Shown here: piece after piece, positions 24,401-37,130 of the stretch | Numbering within the stretch: position 1 is the stretch's first letter | Layout of the letters: every line of letters starts with the position of its first letter | Origin: Octopus bimaculoides | Taxonomy: Eukaryota | Length of the DNA stretch: 64,000 bases | Direction: 5' to 3' | Assembly (NCBI RefSeq): GCF_001194135.2 | Contig: NC_068982.1 | Coordinates: 123,183,857-123,247,856 of the forward strand | Notes under the pieces: model-generated | What the model was told of the DNA's origin: nothing | Database searches by the model: none | What the model saw: the letters and a program-made list of their open reading frames with translations, nothing else | Translations under genes and position numbers: made by a program

Positions 24401-24879
24401 AAGAAAAGCATGATTAAGTGAGAGATGAGCAATAGAGGTATGTGCAATAAAGCATGTCTGATAGAAGTATGGATGACAGTGGCATGAGTAATAAAAGGTA
24501 TGTGGGATAGAGAGTGGGTTGTAGGTGTGATAGTGATGAGAAGCTATCAAATAGGCAGATGTAGACATGACAGTATTCATTTATTAATCTATGTCTCTTT
24601 ATACATCTATTTATGCATGCATACATACATACATACATACATATGTACATATGCTCATTCACATATGCACACACACATGCATGTGTGTATGTTTATATAT
24701 CATCACATCATTTTTCCATGCCTGCTTATTTTGAATGGAGTTTATTGAGGCAGATTTTCTATGGCCAGATTTCTTATCTGTTGCCAAACCTTATTTCCAA
24801 GCAAGGTAACACGTACACATGCACAAACACAATTTTAATTTCTATTTTACCATACCTGCATGGCTGGAAGAGTATTTTC

Positions 24880-25430
24880 TCACACTGTGTTGTCAGTCAG
24901 CAAGGATTTTGTCATCTCCTCTGTGAGATGCAACAACTTCAGATGTCTTCACCATTCTGTCTAAATTTTCCTCAATCTTTCTTTTCCACAAGTACCATTC
25001 ACTTTCAGTGCACAGCACTTCCTTATTAGCTGTCTCCTTTCATACATATTACATGCCTGTATCAATTACAGTTTTCTTTTTGTGTCGGTATCAATGCCAT
25101 TTTCTCTCATTTGATTCTTTCTATATTCAGTATTTTATCACCTTATTTGTACTCCACCATTCATGCACAGCAATATTACACATCCAGGAGACCATGCTCA
25201 CTTCATTTCTTTCTAGTCTTCACAAATCTTCTGTGTTCAGTACCAACATCTCACAACCATGCAGTATCATGCTTCATAGACAGGTATCATACAATATGCC
25301 CTTCATTGTGAGGAGAAAGCTCTTTGTTTCCAGCAAACATAACTCCCTGAAGTTTTTCCAACCAGCTCTTACTCTGAATGTTTATGCTTTCAGGACATTC
25401 ACTGTTACCATTGTTTTAACATGAACATGA
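24880..25430 (-). mobile_element. Degenerate RTE ORF C-terminal fragment
   Basis: Minus-strand fragments KSWLEKLQG, MKGILYDTCL*SMILHGCE, RLERNEVSMVSWMCNI; homologous to 21100-21550. Confidence 0.75.
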
Positions 25431-25789
25431 TTGGTGTTTCCATCATGATTCATTAGAGATATGGAGAGTTTCTTTTCACACACACATGCACACACACAAA
25501 GTGGTTGATGAGTAGAGATGTAAGAACATCAGATAAAATGTGTTAATGATATTTTTTACTGACTCTTGCATTATGGGTTCAAATTCTGAAGTCAATAAAG
25601 TACCAGCTAAGTGTTAGTGTAGCCCTCTCCCCCTTGTACATGTTACATCCTGGATCTTCTGTTGAGTCAAGAGCATGAGGACTGAAACAGTGTGTTTTCT
25701 CCTTTCATCAACACATTGGCACTTATTATGACACGTGTAACCAATTACAAGTGACTGCTGTGTGTGGGTGTGTGTGTGTGTGTGAGTGA

Positions 25790-26685
25790 AAGGATTGGCA
25801 AATCAAGTTGAGACAAAGCAGGGTTGAGAGCTCTATTTACTCTTCCTGGAAGTATGAAAGCCTCTCTGGTGTTGTTGCCATGAAAAATGCATTCAGTACA
25901 CTCTGTAAAACGGCTGATGTCAGGTAGGATGTACAGTCATAAAAATTTTGCTAAAACTGCGATGACTGTGATGTGATCCTACCATCTGTCTAAGAGGGTT
26001 TTAACTACAATAAAACTAACTCGGATCCTGATGATGCATCCAACTCATGCCAGCATAAAAATAGATGTAAAATGATGATTGTGTGTGTGTGTGTAATTAG
26101 AGGTAGCACTGGATCTCATATACAACCCATGTCATCATCCTTACTACTGTCTTTCACACTAACCATGATTCTACTCTTTCCTTTTTCATTCTATTATCCC
26201 CCTTCGTCTAATGCTGTCTCTATTTTTATTTCTATTGCTATCTCCGCTACCACTTTCTCATCATAAATACATTCTGTTTATCATACTTTAACTTCTCTCA
26301 ACAACTTGGCAAGTCATCACTCTTATTTTAATCTTGAGGGTTATAAAGGGTAACAAGGGAACCTCACTAATGCTGGTGCCACAGAAAAAAAAGTATCCAA
26401 TGTACTCTGTAAAGTGGTTGGTAAATCAAGCAGGGACAATGCAGGATTGATAGGACTCTTTAGTTTTGCCAAGAGCAAGACAGCCTCTCTAATGTTTGTA
26501 ATAAGAAAAAAATGTACCTACTGCAGTTTGTAAAGTGGTTGGTGTTAGGAAGGGCATTCAACCATAGTAACCATATCAAAACTAAGACATAAGGTCCAGA
26601 TGTGGTTTTTCAACCTTTTGGGCCCTGTTGAACTTCCCAACCCATGCCAGCATGGAAAGTGAACATGAAACAATGATGGTGATAT
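25790..26685 (+). mobile_element. Cluster of degenerate RTE/SINE 3' ends
   Basis: Three remnants of aaaaa.g.a..cagtacactctgtaaagtggttgg and two ccagcat..aaa...(gat)n tails. Confidence 0.6.
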
Positions 26686-29612
26686 ATGCACATTTATAAG
26701 CTAACCAAAGGTCAGCATGTATTGGAACAAGTTATTGAATGAAGGACACTCTCTCACACACACATTTCTATGTGATTGTCTCTTATTTTTAGTAGTTAAA
26801 TAACTTATAGTATTAAACTGTTTTAATGTTTTACATTTATGATATTGAAATTTGCGCATGCATGCATACACACACGCAACTGGAAGAGGGATTATGATTT
26901 GGGTGACTGCACATCTGGTAGTTAAATTTATGTGTTGCCTTCTTCAGAATCTTCTGTGGATTCCCAAATCTAATTTTGTGGAAATGTTTTATGACTTCAT
27001 GTGCGCCATATGGCTCTCACTTGAGAATCAGTACTTTAGACTGCTGTAAAAGGTATCAAATTATAAGAGCCTAAATCAATAAAGAAATTTAGATTCTAAT
27101 TCTTTTAGGTCCAAGGAAGCTAATTCTAAACGGATGAATTTTTGTATTTGATCATATTACAGCAATGTAATACATATACTTCAGAAGAAAACGTGTTTTA
27201 AAGCAAATCATTACCTAGTTTAACCAGTTTCAGTGAATTCTCTATAATATCCTGGCTTACAATTTATGCTAATATTGAAGTAACATTTGAATAATAAGCT
27301 AAAGTAATAAATAAAGAAAAGAAAAAGAAACCCTTAAAAAACATGCTCATAAGGAAAGCTTCAGAAGAAAAGTGATCTGAGGCTATGAAAATACAGCAAC
27401 TGAGTCCAAGGGAAATGTTACACCCCACTGGGAAATAAAAAAAAAGAATAAGGGAAAGCAACTTTAGGAAAACAAATGTTAATTATGATGACTTACTAAT
27501 TTGGAGAATCATAAGATGTATGGCAACTTTTATTTATAAATTGTTATATGATCCATTTTCCTTTTAATATGATACAAAGGAAAGCTTATTAGTTTGTTTT
27601 CTCCTAATATTTTTTTTCATTTTCGACTTCACTTAGCTACCACTAGTCTCACTACATTTTTTCCCCCTTCTCTCCATCTTTGACCTATATTATATGACCA
27701 CTGTGAACTACATTTAATGACTTATACAGTTCATGTTAATAAGGGGACCAACACACAATTACTCAACCAGCTTGAAGTAACAACCAAATCTTCTAAAAAT
27801 CTTATCTTGCTATTTTAAAAGGATTGACATACTATAATTTTGTTTGATAAAAAAAAAAGATAGAAAGAAATGGTATAATCGTGCCAATGTATTTTAACCA
27901 TTATCTTTTACTTTGAAAATCTTCTCCAAACTAGTTTGGATTTGATGGACCTGAAAATGAGTAGACATATAAGGGTGTTGAAAGTTAGGAAAGGTATATA
28001 ATATCTGCTCTTTAAAACCTGTGATGATAAATCTGGAACATTTTAATAAGAATAAGTGACAAGTGAGTAACTCAACAGCTCTCATTTTTTGCTGACAGAA
28101 GCAAGAAATGTATATAGGACAAGAAACTCACTGATATCAGCAGCAATATTTTGGCAATAGTTTTTGTTTCTTCACAGCAATAATATTTATTTCAATAACA
28201 ACCACATTTCCTTTCTAATTTATCTGACATATGTACTTATTGTTGCAACATTACCAAACTCTTAAACCCTTCTTTGATTGTTTCGTACCAAAACCTCTCC
28301 CTTAGAAAAAATAGAGTAAATTAAATATAAATTAGTTGCCCTAATTTTTTAAGTAACTCATTCTAAAAGGGCCCAAAGGAATATTTCTTAGTTCTCGTCA
28401 TTAATATTCATAAACATTTGCATGTGGAAAAACGCGCACGCACGCATGCACTGTTTTCTCTTCAGGTTTGATATCAACTTCACCCTTTTCACTTTCGAAT
28501 TCATCATCATCAACCTCAATTCCATTATTGCCAGCCCTGATTACATTGTTGTCGATCTCAATTTCATCATTGTCAACTTAAATACCATCCTTGCATGATG
28601 GAACAAATTTTTTATGAACAGACATTGGCATCAATGATTACTTGCACACAATTGTGAAAGAATATAGACATTAAAATTTTTTTGTAAAGGATTACAAGTT
28701 TTATAAAATAAAAATTGTTTCACCTTACTATTATTGGAAATATATGTACATTTAGTACATTAAATATAAAACTGCATAGTATTCTACATATATACATATA
28801 CAACATTAGTTTAACCTTTTATTCATTATTCCTATTTCTTAACTCTCTTAATCTTGCATAATCATCTTCAGTAATTAAAGTTAACTTGGTGTTGATCAAT
28901 AATATTTTTTATATAAATACATATATTGAAACCAGGAGGACTTTGATGACTGGTTACTCATTACAGAATTGTAAAAGGATGTAAACATTAAAAAGTTTCA
29001 CTGATATCAACGTCTGGTCATAGAAAAAAAATTACTCCGTCTGACAGTGATAATATAAAATGGTAATGATGAAATTGAGGCTGATGATGACAAATATGAA
29101 GTTGACTTTGATGGGGTTGAGAATGACACCTTTCATAGGAAACCATGTGTATATGGTACACACATAGCTATATAGTTTACTTTGGAATATCATTGTTTTA
29201 GGTTAGATCTTGCTGCATGTCATTTATTACTTTTGGCTAGCAGTGGCATCATATCTCTTGTAGTGTGGGCAGTTCAACAGGCAAAGGGGATTGGAATAAA
29301 GTACCCTATTTAAAAACATGTCAGAGTTGGCACCAGGAAGGGTATCTAGCTATAGAATATTGTTCCCTGAAGTTTTATCCCACTCATGCCAACATGGAAA
29401 AAGTAGGCATGACAATACAAGTTTTGATGTATAGAATATTGAATGTTATTAATTTTGGAAGCAGTTATTAAAGCAAGTGCAGACTATATAAAAGAGACTG
29501 TGGCAACTCGTGAATGCTTTAGCACAGTTGTAATGTTAATATTATTAAAGTTTTTGTTTTCATATGTTCCACCTTCCATAAAATGAATACACATATGCAG
29601 AAATATGTATGT

Positions 29613-29794
<182 letters not shown>

Positions 29795-30284
29795 ACACAG
29801 CTTGGCAGGCCAGTGGTGGTCTTTGTTAGCATGAATTAGAACAAAAAATGAGAGCTTTATATTAATGTGTAGTGAGGTGAGTAGAAGAGCAAGCTCTTCT
29901 TCACACTAACCTTTCTATTATATACAGATACATGAAAAGCACAATCTATGCTCTAATAGTTCAAATATTAATGGGAATGATGTAATATTACCAGCACAAA
30001 AATATTAAAGAAAACTTGTATGCATCTGTATGTGCTTGTAAAGACATGCACATATGTTGGTAATAATGAGTATACATATGCATGTATATTAGATAAATTT
30101 AATATGTATACATTTGCATACATATTAAATTTTTGTCATTGTACAGGGTGTCCACTAGGTCTGGGTACATGCAGTAAATAAAATCATAACATAAACAATT
30201 AAATATAAGAATTAATAATTTCTTAAAGTATGTGTTAATCCCCATGTACCCAGATTGTGGACACCCTATATATAGGCTCACCTC

Positions 30285-30344
<60 letters not shown>

Positions 30345-30347
<3 letters not shown>

Positions 30348-30694
30348 CCCAGCGTCGCCTTTCTGGCACTTGTGCCCGTGACATATGTAAGGATTTTCGA
30401 GCGAGATCGTTGCCAAAGCCCCTGGACTGGCTCTTGTGTGGGTGGCACATAAAATACACCATTTTGAGCGTGGCCGTTGCCAGTACCACCTGGCTGGCCT
30501 TCGTGCAGGTGACACATAAAAGCACCCACTACACTCTCTGAGTGGTTGACGTTAGGAAGGGCATCCAGCTGTAGAAACTCTGCCAAGTCTGATTGGAGCC
30601 TGGTGTTGCCATCCGGTTTCACCAGTCCTCAGTCAAATCGTCCAACCCATGCTAGCATGGAAAGCAGACGTTAAACGATGATGATGATGATGAT
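30345..30694 (+). mobile_element. Young RTE-type 3' end with (GAT)n tail, following (TG)n
   Basis: Nearly identical over ~185 bp to 45255-45447. Confidence 0.85.
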
Positions 30695-30770
30695 ATATAT
30701 ATATATAAATGTAAGAACTTACTGTGGACAAGGCTGCATGGTGTTTGATTATAAATAAATAAAAAATGCA

Positions 30771-31042
30771 CATTAAGTACAGGACATCACCAGTGAGTGA
30801 AAAATACATAAACACACAAGAGATAAGTACAGGACAAAATACCAAAAGAAGTCTAACCCCTCCTCAGTTGTCAACTGTTAAATACTCCCTATTTACTGCT
30901 TTTGACGAAAGCATGAAATAGGGAGTAATAAACAGTTGACAACTGAAGAGGAGTTAGACTTCTTTTGGTATTTTGTCCCATACTTGTCTCTCATTCTGTG
31001 TTTATGTATTTCTCACTTGCTGGTGATATCCTGTACTTAATG
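30771..31042. repeat. Fold-back element, ~135-bp arms, 5-nt loop
   Basis: cattaagtacagga...ctccctatttactgcttt|tgacg|aaagcatgaaatagggag...tcctgtacttaatg. Confidence 0.9.
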
Positions 31043-31079
31043 CGTATCTTTCATTCATAATGTATATAAATATATATAA

Positions 31080-31270
31080 AGTTACTTGGTGACCTGGCTA
31101 TTGCTGGTTGCATGAAAAAAAAGTGCATTCGGTTCACACTGTAAAGCAATTGGTGTTAGGGAAGGCATCCAGCCATAGAAACCATGTCAAACCTGACATT
31201 GAGGATTGCTGGATCCTGTCAGTGTCCAACTCATGCCAGCCTGGAATACAGACATTAAATGATGATGATT
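31080..31270 (+). mobile_element. Degenerate RTE-type 3' end
   Basis: ggtgttagggaaggcatccagccatagaaacc...ccagcctggaatacagacattaaatgatgatgat. Confidence 0.7.
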
Positions 31271-32157
31271 TAAACCTGTTACCATGATGCATATACATGT
31301 ATTACAAGCCTATGAAAGAACTTCTGACACTAAAAATAGCAATTAAATCCTATTCTATCATTACATAATGTGGTCATAGATACACTATCTTAATAAATGA
31401 GATGGTCACAGCTGAACACTTTCGATCATAGGTCTGTCTGGTCAGGGCTGACATCAGACTAAACATATTTAGCTATCTGTGATTACACATTGAAGAAGAA
31501 AACAGATGAATCTTTTCATCTTATTTTGTAGATGTTAGTAAAGATTAAAATATGTATTTAGACTTCCTTTGATTTTGATGGATACTTCTTTTTGAAATAT
31601 GTAGTTATATAAATGCAAAAATCAGTATTGATTTTTTTTACATGAAAATAATAGAAAGGACAGAAGAATTCATAGGAAAAGCTGATTATCTCTAAAGAAA
31701 GAACTACTACTTTATTTCCCTCAGTTATGGAATATTTTCTTACAATAAAAATTTAGAAATTAAAAAGGTAAAAGAAAACAAAATCTATCTTTCTGTTGAT
31801 TTTTGAGAATTGTTAATAATTGCAGCAGAATAGACTAATATTAGTATTTCATAATTTGCCAAAATATATTGACTAATGCTGGCAGATCTTCCATCTGGGT
31901 TTCAAATGAACTTAATTAAAGGGATCAATACTCATAAATAGAATAGGCATTAAAATGTTTTATTCTTTATTTTTAACATTATGAAATATTTCATGCTATT
32001 TATGCTTTATTATAAGACATTATGGTCAAGTGGATAATGTTACTGGCTCATAGCTCATGAAATCCTAATTCCATATCTTTTTGAAGCATTTCTAGAAAAT
32101 ATACTTTTGTAGTTTAGGAGGAACTATTTAAGTAAACTTAAGTAAATTGTTGGTCAT

Positions 32158-32190
<33 letters not shown>

Positions 32191-32411
32191 CTTCCTAATG
32201 CATATGATATTATTGTGTATATGTAAGACAGAGTAGAAATTAAGCTGTTTGAACTGGCCAAAGTAGAATACCTAATCTAAAAGCAATTTCAAGCAACCAC
32301 TGTCTTCAAGCCAGTAGTTTAGGCCAGGTACTAGTTCTTGGAGTGAAGTGCACTTCTGCTATATTTCTAATATTAAAGAATGAATCAGAATGATGTACAA
32401 TCTTGTATAGG

Positions 32412-32750
32412 TACTGGCATGTCTGTGTAGTTAAGAAGCTCACTTTGCAACCATGTAGTTTCAGGTTCAGTCCAACTGCATGTTACACCGGGCAAGTGAC
32501 TTCTACTATAGTCCTACACTGACCAATTCCTTATGAGTGGATTTGTGTGTGTGTGTGTGTGTGTTGTGTTCTCCCCATTGCCTGACAAGTAGTGTTGATT
32601 GGTTTAAATCCTTGTAACTTAGTGGTTTCAACAAAAGAGACCAATGAAATAAGTACTAGATTTGAAGAAAAATAAGTACTGGGAGTGATTTGTCCAACTA
32701 AAGCAGCCCCAGCATGGCTGCAATCCAATGACTGGAACAAAAAAGATAGT
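32412..32750 (+). mobile_element. tRNA-derived SINE
   Basis: Head tgtgtagttaagaagctcactttgcaacca...ggttcagtcc; 3' part aaaagagaccaatgaaataagtac...ccagcatggc.gca.tc.aatgact. Confidence 0.75.
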
Positions 32751-34584
32751 GAGAAAACTAATATTGCTTGCAACTGACAATGTGATACTGACTTGAAAAA
32801 TATTAAAAATATTTTTGTCTCTTCTAGAATGTAGGTTTTAACTTGTGTTTGCATTTACTGCCATTGTTTTGATCATTAATGTTGGTGGTATATCTCTTGC
32901 AATCTTTTCATTACCAGCAGTTATTACCACTGACTCTAACAGTTCTACAGTCAGAAATCTGTAACTTATTATAAATCTCAGTGATATTATTTTCCTTTGC
33001 ATGATTTGGAAGCAGAAGAATTGTTTTGCATCAGTTCTAACATACATTATGTTGTAAATATCAAGAAATCTAATTAAGAATACTTCTGTAGTGAATAAAA
33101 ATAAAACAAAAACAGCATTAGCTCAATGAATAATAATATTTGACTCATCACGACAAATATGGTAGACAACTCTTGAAATGTTTTGTTCATATTAGACTTT
33201 CTCAGTGGAACATAGACCTCATCCATTGAAAAAATTTGATAAAACTGAAACATGTCTAAAGTTGTTTTCATGCTGATCAAAATATCACTCATTAGGCTAA
33301 TGTTGTCTTTTCCTTCTTACATAAGTATTTCTTTTCACTCTTACTGCATTATGTTTGTACTGACTTTACAATTTTTTATTTATTTCTTTATCCTGATGAT
33401 GTCTCCGAGGAATTACCCTCAGTGATTTATGTTTTTAAAATATCTTTTGATTGAAATTCACATCTACATCTTAATATAACTGTAGATTGTTTGGCAGAAC
33501 CTACCTCTTCTTTTAAATGATTGACCATTTTATTTATAACTTGCCAAGTCTTTTATTAAAGAATATATTTGTTCTCTTGGCCGAAGGTGAAATTGATGAA
33601 AGTCATATGTATTTACTTTGCAATTTAGCTTGATTTTCATTCACCCAACCATCAAATCTTTTTATAATGACACTATCTTTAGTAATTGTGAGCTTTCTTT
33701 ATATTAAACATTAGCTGTGTAATATTATGGCTGACATTCTTGTTTCTAGAATGTAATTTACATTATTCCTTTTGTATTTGATATAATCTTTTACGTAGTA
33801 GCCCTTTCTTCAATTCCTTCAGCTGTGTTTCAGCATTTTATTCAGAAGTTTAATGAATGTACTACATGATGTTATTTTGAACCATTTCTAAAGAAAGAAA
33901 TTAGCTATTTATATAGCTGTTATGTGTATGCAACATTTTCTTCACATAAAGGAATATCTTGGGTGAGATAGTGTATATTTGAAAGTGAGGAGGAAGCGTG
34001 ACAAAAATTGACACCACTAGTAGCACTTTTGTGCTTCATATTCAGAAGAGCAGATTATTTCTGATCTAAATGTTAAACAAAACAACAAAATATGGCAAAT
34101 ATGAATTATATATAGAAATCAGTGAATGGCAATAGTTTGAATGTTATGTCTTCATTACATCTCCACATAGTTATGCGGCAGACATATATTTGTTTTGAGT
34201 GATATATTTAGGCTTGTAAGTAAATAAATTCATTTTTAGAGTTGTACTCCAAATAAGAAAATGTATGAAATTCATAAATAATAAAATTTTTCTTTTTGTC
34301 CTTGTTCTTCTTAATGTCATATGTACAAGTGATCTGAATAAATATTAGATGGGAACATGAGATATCGTTTTGTTCTTAATGTGACCTGAATGAACATCAC
34401 AAGAGGATATACGGTATCGTCTGTCCTTGCTGTTCTTAATGACATATATACCAATAATCTGAACAAATATCCCATGGGAACACAAGATATTGTCTGCATT
34501 TTTAAAAATTGAATTCTGATCTTACTTCCATTTCCTTATATATCAGACCAAATATGATAGATTACTGTTAAATCATCATCACGA

Positions 34585-34945
34585 GATGTAGCTGTGTGGT
34601 AAGAAGCTTGCTTTGCAACTACATGGTTCTGGGTTGAGTCCTAATGTATGGCAACTTGGGCTATAGTCAATCTTCTCCTATAGCCTCAGTTGATCAAAGA
34701 TTTGTGAGTGGATTTGATAGAAGGAAACTGAAAGAAGTCTGTTGTGTGTGTGTGTCTTTGTGCCCCCCACCACCACTTGACAATTAGTGTTGGTGTGTTT
34801 ACATCCCTGTAACTTTGCAGTTTGGCAACAAATACTGACAGAATAAGTACCAAGTTTAAAAAAAAGAAAGAAGTATTGTGGTAGATTCATTCAGGCAGTG
34901 CCCCAGCATGGCTGTAGTCTAATGACTCTGAAACGTGTAAAAAAT
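34585..34945 (+). mobile_element. tRNA-derived SINE
   Basis: gctgtgtggtaagaagcttgctttgcaact...ggaaactgaaagaag...ccccagcatggctgtagtctaatgact; same family as 32412. Confidence 0.8.
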
Positions 34946-35309
34946 CATGTTGTGTCAATTTTCTATGCTGGTTTCAGTTAGACAAGTAGTCAAGAACTGA
35001 ATCCATTCTTATTTAGAGTTATGGTTTTCCTAGATGGCTTGGAGGACTACATTTTGCTTGTAGATTTTATTTTTAGTTTGGTTCTTTATGACTGGATGTC
35101 TTTCCTATCACCAACCACTTTAAAAACTCTACAAACTCTATCATGTATACAATGAAGAAATTTCTTTTTTAAGATAATTGGTATCCACAATATTATGTTT
35201 TGTTTTTTTTCAAAATGAATGTAAAATATTTTTTGTGAGTTTGAGTTCACTAAATTTATTAAAGAATAGAAATTATTATTTGATGCATAAGTGCAGATGT
35301 GGTTGTAGG

Positions 35310-35695
35310 TGCTAGGATGGCTATGTGGCTAAGAAGTTTGCTTCTCAACTTCTGGTCTCTGGTTCAGTCACGCCACACCACACAGTATCTTGAATGTCTT
35401 CTACTCCATGTACATTAAATCCTTATAAGTAGACTTGGTTGATGGAAACTGAAAGAAGCCCATGTGTGTCCTTATATTGACATCGTGTGGTGGTTATAAA
35501 TAGGCATCACCATCATACAAGCATTGTTGTTCATTTCCAGTCTTCCATGAAAAACTTGTCTGGCCATGGGGAAATATTACCTTGCTTGGAAACGGATAAG
35601 GGTTGGATACAGGGAGGGCATCTGATTATAGAAAACCTGCTTCAACAAATTCCATCTAGTACTTGGAAGCATGGGAAAGTGGATGTTAACTGATG
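35310..35695 (+). mobile_element. tRNA-derived SINE with RTE-like tail
   Basis: ggctatgtggctaagaagtttgcttctcaac...ggaaactgaaagaagccc...ggaaatattaccttgcttggaaac. Confidence 0.75.
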
Positions 35696-36884
35696 AATTT
35701 TTTTTCAACTGATCATTATGGTAGTTAGAAATTATTTACACATCTATTTTTGATGATGATGATGAGTTTGTTCTACATGACATGAATTAGCCAAATCCAA
35801 TGCTTGTCGGGTTTGTGGTAGCAAATAACTTTGATGCTGAAGTTGTTGGAAGATATTTATTTAGGTAGACTAATGAAAAAGAAAAGCACAGTGCAATACT
35901 ATTACTACTACTATTATGTAATGTTTTTTTAATAGTCATATGTGAAAAATATGACATACACAACATCTGTAAAAATCTGGCAGTTTTCTCTGCTGTTCTG
36001 TGTATTAGATGATGGAGGACTGTGGCAAATGGTGGTCCAAAACTGTAACAGACCTATTCAATGTCTGCCAGTGTGGGAAGATGGATGTAGAATAATGACA
36101 ATGATAATCTATTTATATTCGTATGTTCTATAACCACTTTGTCATCAAATTCTCCTCTAGGGTTAATACAGTCTGACCCTGTTTTCTTTACTTATTCATA
36201 TGACATGCAAGAACGGATTGATGCATGTGCCATAATCTGGGTCATCTAGCCAAACACTGCATCATAGATAAGAACAACAAGATAAAGCATGCACCATTGC
36301 ATAAGCATAATACTATAAGTTAATGTTATTTTAGCAATGAGCTTCAGATAACGATTAGCTTTATTTGATTATAGTTTGTACTTAGTGAAATCTGTTAATT
36401 TCATGTCAGTGCTTATGTAGTTAAGATTATTATTCAGTCATGTTCCATGTCATTTTATATATTATTTGCTAGCATGAAGTGGAAGGGCAAGGTCTACTGT
36501 TTTTCCTAAAGTCCTCTTGAAGTGGCAGGTAGAAAAACATTGCTAATGTTTACTCTATACACATTACCAATGTTTTCCTATCCACTTGGGTATTGGTGTG
36601 TTTTCCTTCCCACTTAGAATTGCTTTGGGAAATGGGTTGAATCAATTTTGGGGAAATGTAAAGGATTGGGAAAGTGTTTATTAGATCTAACAGGTGTGGC
36701 AATTGAGAGATGATAGAAGAGACAAGAGTAGGTATTGATAAACATAGAAGATTCACTAATGACAATGTTTATTACCTGTGAGAGCGAAGCTGTAAAATGT
36801 ACAAAGTTAATTTGTTGTGGGTTAGATTTCAGTAAACTAAAAGCTGAAATAATATTTCCAAAATTGACCTACTTGGTGTAGATC

Positions 36885-37130
36885 ATCATCATCATCAACA
36901 CCACTACTATCATCAAGGTATGGTTTAGATGATTCAACAGGCATGACTTGGATGATTCAACAGGTCTGACGAGTTGGAGGACTGCTCCAGTGTTTGTTTT
37001 AGCAATGTTTTCTGACTGATATCCTTCCAAACACCAATCACTTTACATAGAGTAGTGGGTGGTCTTTCTCACGACACCAGCACTTGTGAGGTCATCATGT
37101 AACCCACAAGACTAAAGATCTCCCTTCGGT
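36885..37130 (-). mobile_element. Degenerate RTE-type 3' end
   Basis: (ATC)n followed by ccttccaaacaccaatcactttaca...gacaccagcac. Confidence 0.6.

Noticed and set aside
26948-27052. Segment with a plausible acceptor and donor and one open frame
   Set aside because: Peptide is unrelated to EEIG or any family I recognise; such pseudo-exons are frequent.
35942-36133. ORF containing LFCVLDDGG, resembling LFCKVRLLDGG
   Set aside because: Spacing is wrong, the rest does not match, and it overlaps a decayed RTE-type tail.
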